The notes under the pieces were generated by a model. The model saw only the letters and a list, made by a program, of their open reading frames with translations. It ran no database searches and was not told the DNA's origin. Positions 39,606 through 49,059 of a stretch of DNA of 64,000 bases are shown one piece after another. Position 1 is the first letter of the stretch. Each line of letters opens with the position of its first letter. This DNA comes from Armatimonadota bacterium (GTDB lineage Bacteria > Armatimonadota > Fimbriimonadia > Fimbriimonadales > GBS-DC). The translations under genes and the position numbers were made by a program. The stretch lies in assembly GCA_037444405.1 (NCBI GenBank), contig JBBIML010000010.1, forward strand, positions 96,001 to 160,000. The letters run 5' to 3'.

Positions 39606-39623
39606 ACAAGGGGGTTATGAACA

Positions 39624-41552
39624 ATGAGCGCAGCGGACTTCCTGCGCCAGATCGAGGAACAGCGACGGCTGGAAAAACAGATCAGCTGGGAAGGCACTTT
39701 CCGGGACTATCTGGAGATTGTGCAGAAGAACCCGAAAGTCGCCAATCTGGCGCACGCGCGTATCTACGACATGATTATCAGCGCTGGCGTCGAAGAGCGT
39801 GGTGAAGGACAACCCAAAGAGTACAAATTCTTCACCAGCGAGCTGTTCGGACTTGACCGCACGCTCCAGCAACTGGTAGAGGAATATTTCGCGCCTGCGG
39901 CGCGGCGACTCGATGTGCGCAAGCGCATCCTGCTGCTGGTGGGTCCCGTCGGCGGCGGCAAATCGACGCTGGTGACGATGCTCAAGCGCGGGCTGGAACG
40001 CTATTCGCGCACCGACGAGGGCGCCGTGTACGCCATCAAAGACTGCCCCATGCACGAAGAGCCGCTCCACCTCGTGCCCGAAGATCTGCGCGCCGACTTC
40101 AAGCGCCAGTTCGGCGTGCATATCGAAGGCGACCTCTGCCCCGTGTGCCAGTGGAAACTCAAACACGAATGGGGCGAGAACATTCAGGATGTGCCCGTCG
40201 TGCGCATCCGCTTCTCCGAGCGCGAGCGCGTGGGCATCGGCACCTTCAAGCCCTCTGACCCCAAGTCGCAGGATGTATCGGAACTCACTGGCAGTGTGAA
40301 CCTGAGCCTGCTCACCCAGATCGGCGTCGAATCGGACCCGCGCGTCTATAACTTCGATGGCGAACTGAACAAGGCGAACCGCGGCATCATGGAGTTCATC
40401 GAAATGCTCAAAGCGGACAAACGGTTCCTGTACGAACTCAACACCGTCGCCGGCGAGCAGATGATCAAAATCGGACGGTTCGCCATGATCTACACCGATG
40501 TGGTCGTCGTCGCGCACACCAACGAGTATGAATACAACGCCTACTTCTCCAACAAGGAGAACGAGGCGATGATCGACCGCATGTTCGTGATCAAAGTGCC
40601 TTACAACCTGCAGGTCTCCCAGGAGGTTCGCATCTACGAGAAGCTCATCCGGCAGTCCCAGTTCAGCGACGAGACCCAGGACCTGTCGAAGGTGCACATC
40701 GCGCCGCATTCGCTGCGTGTGGCGGCGATGTTCGCGGTGTTGAGCCGCCTGAAACCGCCCAAAAAGAGCGGGCTGTCGCTGATGACCAAGATGAAACTCT
40801 ACGATGGCGAGCGCCAGGTCGGCGATTGGGACCAGCGCCATGTGAAGGAGCTGCGCGAGGAGTACCCTGACGAGGGCATGACGGGCGTCTCGCCCCGATT
40901 CATCATCAATCGCCTCTCCGCCGCGATGGTCAAAGGGCGCTCCTGCATCACGCCCATCGATATCCTGCGCTCCATCCGCGACGGATTGACCGAGTACACC
41001 AGCAACGAGGAAGAACGCAAGAAGCTGCTCACCTTCCTGGACGATGTGCGCAAGGAGTACGACGAGCAGATCAAGAAGGAGGTGCAGCGCTTCTTCGTCT
41101 ACAGCTATGAGGAAGCCGCGCACACCCTGCTGGAGAACTATCTCGACAATGTGGACGCCTACTGCAACAAGACCAAAGTGCGCGACCCCATCACGGGCGA
41201 GGAGATGGACCCCGACGAGAAGCTGATGCGCAGCATCGAGGAGCAGATCGGGGTGTCGGAGAACGCCAAGCGGGAGTTCCGCGAGGGTATTATGCGCTCT
41301 GTGGCGTCGCTGGCGCGGCGCGGGCTGCGCTTTGAGATTGGCAGCGACGAACGCCTGCGCGAAGCCATCGAACGCAAGCTGTTCGCCGACCTCAAAGATG
41401 TGGTCAAAATCACTACCTCGGCCCGCACGCCCGACCCCGACCAGCTGCGCAAAATCAACGAGGTGGTCGACCGCATGGTCTCGCAGGGCGGCTACTGTCA
41501 CATCTGCGCGAACGAAGCGCTGCGCTATGTGGGCACCCTGCTGAACCGCTGA
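39624..41552 (+). CDS. prkA: PrkA/YeaG family AAA+ serine protein kinase
   Basis: KRILLLVGPVGGGKS, CPMHEEPL, GELNKANRG, AHTNEYEY, EGMTGVSPRF, GYCHICA. Confidence 0.95.
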   Translation: MSAADFLRQIEEQRRLEKQISWEGTFRDYLEIVQKNPKVANLAHARIYDMIISAGVEERGEGQPKEYKFFTSELFGLDRTLQQLVEEYFAPAARRLDVRKRILLLVGPVGGGKSTLVTMLKRGLERYSRTDEGAVYAIKDCPMHEEPLHLVPEDLRADFKRQFGVHIEGDLCPVCQWKLKHEWGENIQDVPVVRIRFSERERVGIGTFKPSDPKSQDVSELTGSVNLSLLTQIGVESDPRVYNFDGELNKANRGIMEFIEMLKADKRFLYELNTVAGEQMIKIGRFAMIYTDVVVVAHTNEYEYNAYFSNKENEAMIDRMFVIKVPYNLQVSQEVRIYEKLIRQSQFSDETQDLSKVHIAPHSLRVAAMFAVLSRLKPPKKSGLSLMTKMKLYDGERQVGDWDQRHVKELREEYPDEGMTGVSPRFIINRLSAAMVKGRSCITPIDILRSIRDGLTEYTSNEEERKKLLTFLDDVRKEYDEQIKKEVQRFFVYSYEEAAHTLLENYLDNVDAYCNKTKVRDPITGEEMDPDEKLMRSIEEQIGVSENAKREFREGIMRSVASLARRGLRFEIGSDERLREAIERKLFADLKDVVKITTSARTPDPDQLRKINEVVDRMVSQGGYCHICANEALRYVGTLLNR

Positions 41553-41574
41553 AACCCGTGAAACCCGCCGTTTA

Positions 41575-41665
41575 GCCCCCTCACCCGTACCCTCTCCCCC
41601 GCTTGCGGGGGAGAGGGATTTGGATTCTGCCCTCACCCCTCTGGGGAGAGGGTCAGGGTGAGGGG
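41575..41665. repeat. CCCTCACCC-family repeat pair between convergent genes
   Basis: CCCCCTCACCCGTACCCTCTCCCCCGCTTGCGGGGGAGAGGG...GGGGAGAGGGTCAGGGTGAGGGG. Confidence 0.85.
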
Positions 41666-41692
41666 TTTATCCTGCCTGAATCTCCGCGTTGC

Positions 41693-43168
41693 CTATCGGG
41701 CAGGGGCCGGGAGGGGAATGCCCAGCCCGTAGCGGGCGAACACGAGGGTCACCAGCAGGACGCCGAGAATGCTGGCGATGTTGAGCGCGAAGCCCGCGCG
41801 CGCCATCTCGCCCAATCGCACCTCGCCAGAAGCGAACACAATCGCGTTCGGTGGGGTCGCCACGGGCAGCATGAACGCTGCCGACGCGCCCACCCCAACA
41901 GGAATCGTCAGCAGGCGCGGGTCCAGATTCAGCCCTGATGCCACCGCGCCCATAATCGGCAAAAAGGTCGCCGCCACCGCCGTGTTGGAGGTGATCTCCG
42001 TCAGGAAGATGATGAGCGTCGCCACCGTTAGCACCAGCCAGAGGGCGTCCAGCCCCTGCAACCCCTTCACGCTTTCACCAATCCAGCGCGCCAGCCCCGT
42101 GCTTTCGAACGCGCCCGCCAGCGCCAGCCCACCCCCAAATAGCAGCAGCACGCCCCATGGTATCTTGACCGCCGTCTGCCAGTCCAACGCAGGCTGATAC
42201 GGCACGCGCGAGGCAGGCAGCAGAAACAGCAACAGCGCGGCGCTGATGGCGATGGTGCTATCAGAAAGCGGCAGGTTCAGGTGCGTCTGCAAAGGCTGAC
42301 GCAACAGCCAGCCCGCCACCGCCAGCCCGAACACTGCCAGCACTATCTTCTCGCCCCCATTCATCGGCTCGCCATGCGCCAGCTGCTCCTGCAGGCGCTC
42401 CGCCAGCGCGGTCAGGCGCAGGTGGGTAAGCCGAAACTGCACCACTGCCAGCCAGAACCAGGTGAAAGGCAGCATCAGCGCGACGAAGGGCAGCCCGATC
42501 CAGAACCAGTGCGCCATATCGATGGCGATACCGTGCGTTTCGCGCAGGTAGCCCACTAACAGTGCGTTGGGAGCGGTTCCAATCAGCGTGCCCACGCCTC
42601 CAATCGATGCCGAGTAAGCGATGCCCAGCATCAGTGCCGCACCGAAGGCATGCACCTCGCGCCCCACGCCCGCAGCCCGCACCCAGTGCAGGATCGATAA
42701 CCCGACGGCGTACATCATCATGGCGGTCGAGGTGTTGTTAATCCACATCGATATCAGTGCAGTCGCCAGCATGAAGCCACCCACAAGGCGCGCCGGGCTG
42801 GTGCCCACCCGCCGAATCACCAGCAGGGCAATCCGTCGGTGCAGACCCCAGCGCTCCATCGCCGCCGCAATCAGGAACCCGCCCAGAAAGAGGAAGATGA
42901 TGGGGTCGGCGTAGTGCGCGGCGGTCGCCCGCTCGTCCAGAATGCCTGTGAGCGGCATCCACACCAGCGGCAGCAGCGCGGTCGCAGGGATGGGGATCAC
43001 CTCGGTGAACCACCAGATTGCCATCCAGAGCGCCAGCCCGACCAGCCGCCACGCGCCCACCGACAGACCCGCTGGCGGCTCCGTCATCAGCGGCGTAAGA
43101 GCGCACAGAGGTCCCATCAACAGGGCGGTCAGCCATATCCATCGGCTCGGCAGGCGTTCCGACTCCAT
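41693..43168 (-). CDS. DASS/SLC13 sodium:dicarboxylate or sulfate symporter
   Basis: WWFTEVIP, SMWINNT, GTAPN, TEITSNTA, FMLPVATPPNAIV. Confidence 0.93.
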   Translation of the reverse strand: MESERLPSRWIWLTALLMGPLCALTPLMTEPPAGLSVGAWRLVGLALWMAIWWFTEVIPIPATALLPLVWMPLTGILDERATAAHYADPIIFLFLGGFLIAAAMERWGLHRRIALLVIRRVGTSPARLVGGFMLATALISMWINNTSTAMMMYAVGLSILHWVRAAGVGREVHAFGAALMLGIAYSASIGGVGTLIGTAPNALLVGYLRETHGIAIDMAHWFWIGLPFVALMLPFTWFWLAVVQFRLTHLRLTALAERLQEQLAHGEPMNGGEKIVLAVFGLAVAGWLLRQPLQTHLNLPLSDSTIAISAALLLFLLPASRVPYQPALDWQTAVKIPWGVLLLFGGGLALAGAFESTGLARWIGESVKGLQGLDALWLVLTVATLIIFLTEITSNTAVAATFLPIMGAVASGLNLDPRLLTIPVGVGASAAFMLPVATPPNAIVFASGEVRLGEMARAGFALNIASILGVLLVTLVFARYGLGIPLPAPAR

Positions 43169-43237
43169 CAGCCTCTCTGGTTCGTGATGGGCGTATGCTT
43201 TCCTCTCGCGCCGATTGCCGTTCGCACGGCTGTGCGC

Positions 43238-43402
43238 CTATCGCCGCGCATGGGCACTATCGCGAATTGCCTGCAGATTAATGATTTCAGCGACCTCAAA
43301 TTGCGGTGGAGTGCTATCTGGATCGCTTCCTAATACTGCCTCTGTCTGACGATCGTCGGGGGCTTCGCCATGGACAATCGCGTTCCCCGCACGCCTTTCC
43401 AT
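43238..43402 (-). CDS. Possible 54-aa small protein
   Basis: MERRAGNAIVHGEAPDDRQTEAVLGSDPDSTPPQFEVAEIINLQAIRDSAHARR; fills the intergenic gap just downstream of a GCAGGA-N16-AGAAT promoter-like motif. Confidence 0.3.
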   Translation of the reverse strand: MERRAGNAIVHGEAPDDRQTEAVLGSDPDSTPPQFEVAEIINLQAIRDSAHARR

Positions 43403-43534
43403 TCCCGTACTTCCTGCCCTGTGATTCTACCTCTTACACAATACTCCTGCCAGTTGCAGATTCCTACTCGAAACTCCAAAAATCCCTCTCCCCCCCGCCT
43501 GCGGGCTGGTAGGGATACAGTTGTTGAACTCAAA

Positions 43535-45088
43535 TCAGGCATCGGCAAAGATGCCCACCATCGCCGCGCCAATCGCTTCGCGCGAGAAGTCGGCGCGGCG
43601 GAACAGTTTGACCACGCGCCCGCGATACAGCACGCCGATGCGGTCGCAGTGCACCATCAGCTCGTCCAGATCGAGCGAGATGACCAGTGCGCCCATCCCG
43701 TGCTGGCACGCCTCCCGAATGGCGGTATAGGTCGCCTCGGTGCCGCGAATGTCCAGCCCGCGCGTGGGCGCGTAAGCAATCAGCAGGCGCGGCTGACCGT
43801 ACAGGGCGCGTGCCACCACCAGCCGCTGCTGATTGCCGCCCGATAGGGTGGTCAGCGCCGCGCGCAGAGACGGCACTTTGACCTGGAACCGCTCAATCAG
43901 CGCGAGCGCCCGCCTCTCAATCGCTTTTGGGCGCAGCCAGCCGAGCCGCTGAAGCTCGCGCTCGCGCTGGGCGCTCAGAATCGCGTTCTCCAACACGCTC
44001 CAGCTGGCGATAATCCCGCGCCGAAAGCGGTCGTCGAACAGGAACCGCATGCCCGCCTGAAGCCTGCGGGCAGGACTCCAGCGCTCGATGGGCGTGCCGT
44101 CCAGTCGCAGGCGCCCGCGCGCGATGGCTCGCAAGCCCGCGAGCGCCTCCATCAGCTCCTGCTGACCGTTGCCGTCCACGCCTGCCAGCCCCAGAATCTC
44201 GCCAGGCATTACCTCGAGGCTCAACTCCTGCACGCCCCAGCCGCCCCGATCGGAGCGCACGAAGAGCGATTCGATCGCAAGGCGCGGCACGACATCTGAG
44301 GGTTTTGCCCCCTCACCCTCAGATGCTCCTTCTGGGGGTGAGGGGCTTGCTCTATCGCTGGGCGGCTCCTCGCCGATAATCCAGCGGGTGAGCGTTGCGG
44401 CGTCGGTCGCGCTCACGGGCGATTCGGCGACCTTGCGCCCGCCCCGCAACACCGTCACCCAGTCGGCATATTCCAGCACCTCCTGCAGCTTGTGCGTCAC
44501 CAGCAGAATGGTACGCCCGTCGGCTTTCAGGCGCAACAGCGTGCTGAACAGCGTCTGCACATCGGCAGGCGAGAGCATCGCCGTCGGCTCGTCCAGTATC
44601 AGAATCTCGGCGTTGCGCCAGAGCAGCTTCAGAATCTCCAGTTTCTGGCGGGACGCCACGCTCAGCTCTTCGGCGGGGCGGTTCCAGTCGGCTTCGAACT
44701 GGAGGCTCTGTGCCAGTTGCTCGGCTCGCTGGCGTGCCGCGCGGCGGTTCAGAATGCCCAGCGCTCCCGCCTGCTCCGCGCCCAGCATCAGGTTGTCCAG
44801 GATGCTCAGTTCGGGGATGATGCTGTAGTGCTGGCTGACCATGCCGATGCCGTGCGCGATGGCGTCGGCGGGGCTGGCGAAGCGCACACGCTGCCCTCTA
44901 AGATAGATTTCGCCTGCATCGGGCGTATAGTAGCCGTACAGGATGCGCATGAGGGTAGTCTTGCCCGCGCCGTTCTCGCCGACAATCGCGTGCAGGGTGC
45001 CCGCGCGCACATGCAGGTCGACACCGTCGTTCGCCACGAGGCTGCCGAACCGCTTCGTGATGGCGTGCATCTGCACAATCGCGTCCAT
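43535..45088 (-). CDS. Nucleoside/sugar ABC transporter ATP-binding protein (two NBDs)
   Basis: GENGAGKTT, ILDEPT, GVDGNGQ, LSGGNQQR, PTRGLD. Confidence 0.92.
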   Translation of the reverse strand: MDAIVQMHAITKRFGSLVANDGVDLHVRAGTLHAIVGENGAGKTTLMRILYGYYTPDAGEIYLRGQRVRFASPADAIAHGIGMVSQHYSIIPELSILDNLMLGAEQAGALGILNRRAARQRAEQLAQSLQFEADWNRPAEELSVASRQKLEILKLLWRNAEILILDEPTAMLSPADVQTLFSTLLRLKADGRTILLVTHKLQEVLEYADWVTVLRGGRKVAESPVSATDAATLTRWIIGEEPPSDRASPSPPEGASEGEGAKPSDVVPRLAIESLFVRSDRGGWGVQELSLEVMPGEILGLAGVDGNGQQELMEALAGLRAIARGRLRLDGTPIERWSPARRLQAGMRFLFDDRFRRGIIASWSVLENAILSAQRERELQRLGWLRPKAIERRALALIERFQVKVPSLRAALTTLSGGNQQRLVVARALYGQPRLLIAYAPTRGLDIRGTEATYTAIREACQHGMGALVISLDLDELMVHCDRIGVLYRGRVVKLFRRADFSREAIGAAMVGIFADA

Positions 45089-45091
45089 CGG

Positions 45092-45886
45092 CTACTCCTC
45101 TGCGGGGTAGAAGGCGTGGAAGTGATGGGGCGGGCTGTGTCCGCGCCCAACAGCAACGGCGGTGCGCAGGGCGGCGGTCAGGTAGTCTTTGGCGCGGCGG
45201 ACGGCGGTCGGTACATCGTCGCCTTTTGCCAGGAAGGCGGCAATCGCGGCGGAGAAGGCGCAGCCGGTGCCATGCGTGTGGGGTGTGTCGATATGCTCGG
45301 CAGGCAGCCACAGAAACCGCTCGCCGTCATAGAGCAGGTCGTCGGCGCGGTCGGGCAGGTGCCCACCCTTGACCACCACCCAGCGCGGTCCCAGCGCGTG
45401 GATGGCTCGCGCCGCCTCCTGCATGGCGGCTTTATCCTGCACCGGGAAGCCTGTCAGCACGCTCGCCTCGCCCAGATTCGGCGTGACAACGAGCGCGAGG
45501 GGCAACAGTTCGCGCCGTAAAGCCTCCATCGCGTCCTCGCGCAGCAGGCGGTCGCCGCTCTTGGCGACCATCACGGGGTCCACCACCAGATTGCGGATGT
45601 TCCAGCGGCGGACGCGCTCCACCACGACGCGGATAATCGCCTCGCTGAACAGCATGCCTGTCTTGGCGGCGTCGGCGCCAATGTCGCTCATGATAGAGTC
45701 GATCTGTTGCCCCACGAAGTCGGGTTCGACGGGGAACACGCCCTGCACGCCGAGCGTGTTCTGGGCGGTGAGCGCGGTGATGGCGCTGGTGCCGTACACG
45801 CCCAGCGCGGCGAAGGTCTTCAGGTCCGCCTGAATGCCCGCTCCGCCCCCCGAATCGGAGCCAGCAATCGTGAGTGCCCTGCGCAT
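45092..45886 (-). CDS. thiD: Hydroxymethylpyrimidine/phosphomethylpyrimidine kinase
   Basis: LTIAGSDSGGGAGIQADLKTF, VDPVM, TPNL.EA, KGGH, THGTGC. Confidence 0.96.
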   Translation of the reverse strand: MRRALTIAGSDSGGGAGIQADLKTFAALGVYGTSAITALTAQNTLGVQGVFPVEPDFVGQQIDSIMSDIGADAAKTGMLFSEAIIRVVVERVRRWNIRNLVVDPVMVAKSGDRLLREDAMEALRRELLPLALVVTPNLGEASVLTGFPVQDKAAMQEAARAIHALGPRWVVVKGGHLPDRADDLLYDGERFLWLPAEHIDTPHTHGTGCAFSAAIAAFLAKGDDVPTAVRRAKDYLTAALRTAVAVGRGHSPPHHFHAFYPAEE

Positions 45887-45901
45887 GATGAGGAGTGTAC
45901 C

Positions 45902-46534
45902 CTATCGGAGACGGCTTTCGATGAGGGCGACGATTTCGGGGTCGTGGCTGCGGCGGGCGACCTCCAGCACCGTTTCGCCCAGCAGGCTGCGGGCGCCGGG
46001 GTCAGCGCCATGTTCGAGCAGCAGGCGCACGGTGTCGCGATGCCCGTTCTCGGCGGCGAGCATCAGCAGGGTGCGCCCGTTGCGGTCGCGCTCGTTGGGC
46101 GAGATGCCGCGCGCCAGCATCGCTTTCAGCACGCGCGTGCGCCCATACACCGCCGCGTAATAGGCGGGCGAGTTGCCCGGCGTCATCTCGCGCAAGTAGC
46201 CCGTGCGGTCGCGCGCACCCAGACTCGCACCATGCTCAATCAGCAGGAGCGCGATGTCTTCATGTCCGCGTGCAATCGCAAGAGTCAGCGCGGTGAGACC
46301 GGAGCGCGTAGCAGCGTTCACCGAGGCGCCCCGTTTCAGCAGGGTCGCCACCTGCGCCCGATCGCCCTGCTCCACCGCCTGCAGCAACTGCTGGTTCAAC
46401 TGGCGATTGCGCTCGCGCAGATGCCGAAACTGAGGCGAGAGCATCACAATCACAGCCAGCACAATCGGCAGCACGAAAAAGCCGATAATCAGCGCCTTCT
46501 GCCACTGCGCCCGCGCCGCATCCGTCTCCGCCAT
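45902..46534 (-). CDS. Ankyrin repeat membrane-anchored protein
   Basis: N-terminal TM segment; GLTALTLA, GRTLLMLAAENGH..VRLLLEHGADP repeats. Confidence 0.88.
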   Translation of the reverse strand: MAETDAARAQWQKALIIGFFVLPIVLAVIVMLSPQFRHLRERNRQLNQQLLQAVEQGDRAQVATLLKRGASVNAATRSGLTALTLAIARGHEDIALLLIEHGASLGARDRTGYLREMTPGNSPAYYAAVYGRTRVLKAMLARGISPNERDRNGRTLLMLAAENGHRDTVRLLLEHGADPGARSLLGETVLEVARRSHDPEIVALIESRLR

Positions 46535-46589
46535 CCGATTCGATGATACCCCCTGAACGGGTACAATCTGGTGCGGAGGCACACGCGAA

Positions 46590-46934
46590 ATGAAGATGCC
46601 GAAGATACCCGGTGGACAGATGCGCCAGCTGATGGAGGAGGCGCAACGCATGCTGGCGGAAGCCGAACAGTTCGAGCAGGAGATGGAGCAGCTGCAGGTG
46701 CAGGCGACGGCGGGCGGCGGCGTGGTCAAAGCGACCGTGAACGGCAAGGGTGTGCTGGTCAGCCTCGAAATCGCCCGCGAGGTGATTGACCCCGACGACC
46801 CTGAGATGCTTCAGGACTTAGTGGTGAGCGCGGTGCGCGAAGCGCAGGCACAGGCTGAAGCCGTCCGAACCGAACGCATGCAACAGATTACAGGCGCGTT
46901 CGGCGGGCTGGGCGATATCAAGCTGCCGTTCTGA
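46590..46934 (+). CDS. ybaB: YbaB/EbfC nucleoid-associated protein
   Basis: AGGGVVKATVNG, DPDDPEMLQDLV; directly upstream of recR. Confidence 0.93.
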   Translation: MKMPKIPGGQMRQLMEEAQRMLAEAEQFEQEMEQLQVQATAGGGVVKATVNGKGVLVSLEIAREVIDPDDPEMLQDLVVSAVREAQAQAEAVRTERMQQITGAFGGLGDIKLPF

Positions 46935-46938
46935 ACCG

Positions 46939-47538
46939 ATGGCACTCTTTCCACCCGCGTTGCGTCAGTTGATTACGCTGCTGGAGCGGTTGCCGGGCAT
47001 CGGACCCCGCTCGGCGCAGCGGCTCGCACTCTACCTGATCCGTCGTCCCCCAGACGAGGTGGAACAGCTCGCGAGCGCCCTGCTCAACGCCCGCCACAGG
47101 GTGCGCCTGTGCGAGCGATGCTTCTTTCTAAGCGAACAGCCCCTGTGCGAAATCTGTCAGGACAGCACGCGCGACGCCAGCCTGCTCTGCATCGTTGCTG
47201 ACCCGCGCGATGTGGTCTCGCTGGAGCGACTGGAACAGTATCGCGGGCTGTATCATGTGCTGCACGGGCTGATCTCGCCCGCAGAGGGCGTCCAGCCAGA
47301 AGACCTGAAGATTCGGGAGCTGATAGAGCGCGTGCGAGCGCAGCCCCCGCAGGAGGTAATCCTGGCGACTCCACCCACCGTGGAGGGCGACACCACCGCG
47401 CTCTATCTGGCACGGCTCCTCAAGCCGATGGGGATTCGAACCACGCGCATCGCCTACGGCATGCCCGTCGGCGGCGAGCTGGACTACGCCGACGCCGCCA
47501 CGCTTGGCTACGCCCTCAGCGGCAGACGCGAAATCTGA
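46939..47538 (+). CDS. recR: Recombination mediator RecR
   Basis: LPGIGPRSAQR HhH, CERC...CEIC, YHVLHG, VEGDTTA, GGELDYAD. Confidence 0.96.
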   Translation: MALFPPALRQLITLLERLPGIGPRSAQRLALYLIRRPPDEVEQLASALLNARHRVRLCERCFFLSEQPLCEICQDSTRDASLLCIVADPRDVVSLERLEQYRGLYHVLHGLISPAEGVQPEDLKIRELIERVRAQPPQEVILATPPTVEGDTTALYLARLLKPMGIRTTRIAYGMPVGGELDYADAATLGYALSGRREI

Positions 47539-47601
47539 AATCACGGGCAGGAATGCCCGTGCTACTTACGCGCGAAATCTAAACGAAGGAGGAAACCCGA
47601 A

Positions 47602-48963
47602 ATGTTGTTAGCCGACCGACTGGCACACTATGCAACGGAGCTGCGCTATGAGCAGTTGCCGCCCGAAACGGTGCATGAGGTCAAGCGCCGCTGGATCGAT
47701 TCGATTGCGTGCGCGTTTGGCGCGTGGCGGGATGAGACCGCCGAACTCGTGCGCCGTGTGGCGACGCAAGTGAGCAGTCCCTACGGGGCGACGATAATCG
47801 GCACGCGCCATAAAGCCTCGCCCGACTGGGCAGCGTTCGCCAACGGGCTGCTGATTCGCTATCTGGATTACAACGATACCTACCTCTCCAAAGAACCTGC
47901 CCATCCCAGCGATAATCTCGCGGCGGTGCTGGCGGTTGCGGAAGCGGAACGCGCCGACGGCAAAGCGGCGATCCTCGCCACCGTGATTGCCTACGAGATT
48001 CAGTGCCGTCTGTGCGACGCGGCGAGCTTGCGAACGCGCGGCTGGGACCATGTGAACTACGGGCTGTTCTCGGCGTCGGCAGCCGCTTCGCGCTTGATGG
48101 GGCTTTCCGCTGAAGCCACCAAACACGCCATGAGCATCGCGGGCGTGTCGGGGCTGGCGATGCGCCAGACCCGCGTGGGCGAACTCTCGGCGTGGAAAGG
48201 GTGCGCCTTCGCGAACGCGGCGCGGCACGCCACTTTCGCCAGCTGGCTCGCCAAACACGGCATGACAGGTCCCTCCGAAATCTTCGAGGGCAAGATGGGC
48301 TTCATGAAGCAGGTGTCAGGCGAGTTCACGCTCGGCGCGCTCGGCGGGGAAGAGGGACGCGGGTTTATGATTAACGAAACCTACATCAAATACTACCCTG
48401 TGGAGTATCACGCCCAGAGCGCGGTGTGGGCAGCGCTGGCGCTCCGCGAACAAATCGGCGGCGACATCAGCCAGATTGAGGCGGTGGAAATTGACACCTT
48501 TGAAGCCTGCTACTCCATCATCGGCTCGGAACCCGAAAAGTGGGAGCCAAAAAGCCGCGAGACCGCCGACCACAGCCTGCCCTATATTGTGGGCGTTACG
48601 CTGGTGGATGGCAAGGTCGACCTCAGCTCCTTTGACGAAGCGCGCTACACCGACCCGAACCTGCTGGCGTTCCTCAAAAAGATTACCGTGCGCCATGACC
48701 CCAGCATGGACGCTCGCTACCCGGAGGGCATCCCGAACCGAATCACGCTCCGCCTGAAGGACGGGCGCACGCTGACGGAAGAGAACACCTTCCCGCGCGG
48801 ACACGCTCGCAACCCCATGAGCGATGAAGAGGTGGAAGCCAAATTCTATGTGCTGACCGAATGGGCGCTCCCGCGCGAGCGACAGGACGCGGTGTTGCAG
48901 TTCCTCTGGAATCTGGACTCGCAGGCGAACCTCCAGCCGCTGATGGAGATGCTGGCGGTTTGA
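47602..48963 (+). CDS. prpD: MmgE/PrpD family 2-methylcitrate dehydratase
   Basis: RYLDYNDTY..EPAHPSDN, GWDH, RVGELSAWKG, ETADHSLPY, GHARNP. Confidence 0.9.
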   Translation: MLLADRLAHYATELRYEQLPPETVHEVKRRWIDSIACAFGAWRDETAELVRRVATQVSSPYGATIIGTRHKASPDWAAFANGLLIRYLDYNDTYLSKEPAHPSDNLAAVLAVAEAERADGKAAILATVIAYEIQCRLCDAASLRTRGWDHVNYGLFSASAAASRLMGLSAEATKHAMSIAGVSGLAMRQTRVGELSAWKGCAFANAARHATFASWLAKHGMTGPSEIFEGKMGFMKQVSGEFTLGALGGEEGRGFMINETYIKYYPVEYHAQSAVWAALALREQIGGDISQIEAVEIDTFEACYSIIGSEPEKWEPKSRETADHSLPYIVGVTLVDGKVDLSSFDEARYTDPNLLAFLKKITVRHDPSMDARYPEGIPNRITLRLKDGRTLTEENTFPRGHARNPMSDEEVEAKFYVLTEWALPRERQDAVLQFLWNLDSQANLQPLMEMLAV

Positions 48964-48978
48964 ACCCCTCTAAGAGCG

Positions 48979-49046
48979 GTAGGGGCGCACAGCCGTGCGC
49001 CCCTACAAAGACACCCCCCTCCCCCAAACCTTCGGGAGAGGGGGCA
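48979..49046. repeat. GTAG-type REP (48979-49006) followed by a CCCTCCCCC...GGGAGAGGG repeat (49013-49046)
   Basis: GTAGGGGCGCACAGCCGTGCGCCCCTAC perfect 12-bp stem; CCCCCTCCCCCAAACCTTCGGGAGAGGGGG. Confidence 0.8.
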
Positions 49047-49059
49047 AGGAGGTAAGAAC

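Noticed and set aside
39615..41636. 673-aa antisense ORF over prkA (likewise 57523-59577, 8871-10115, 18193-19326)
   Set aside because: Shadow frames caused by high-GC codon bias opposite clear genes; no recognisable motifs.
45887..45901. TPP riboswitch upstream of thiD
   Set aside because: Only 15 bp separate thiD from the upstream gene; no TPP aptamer core is seen.
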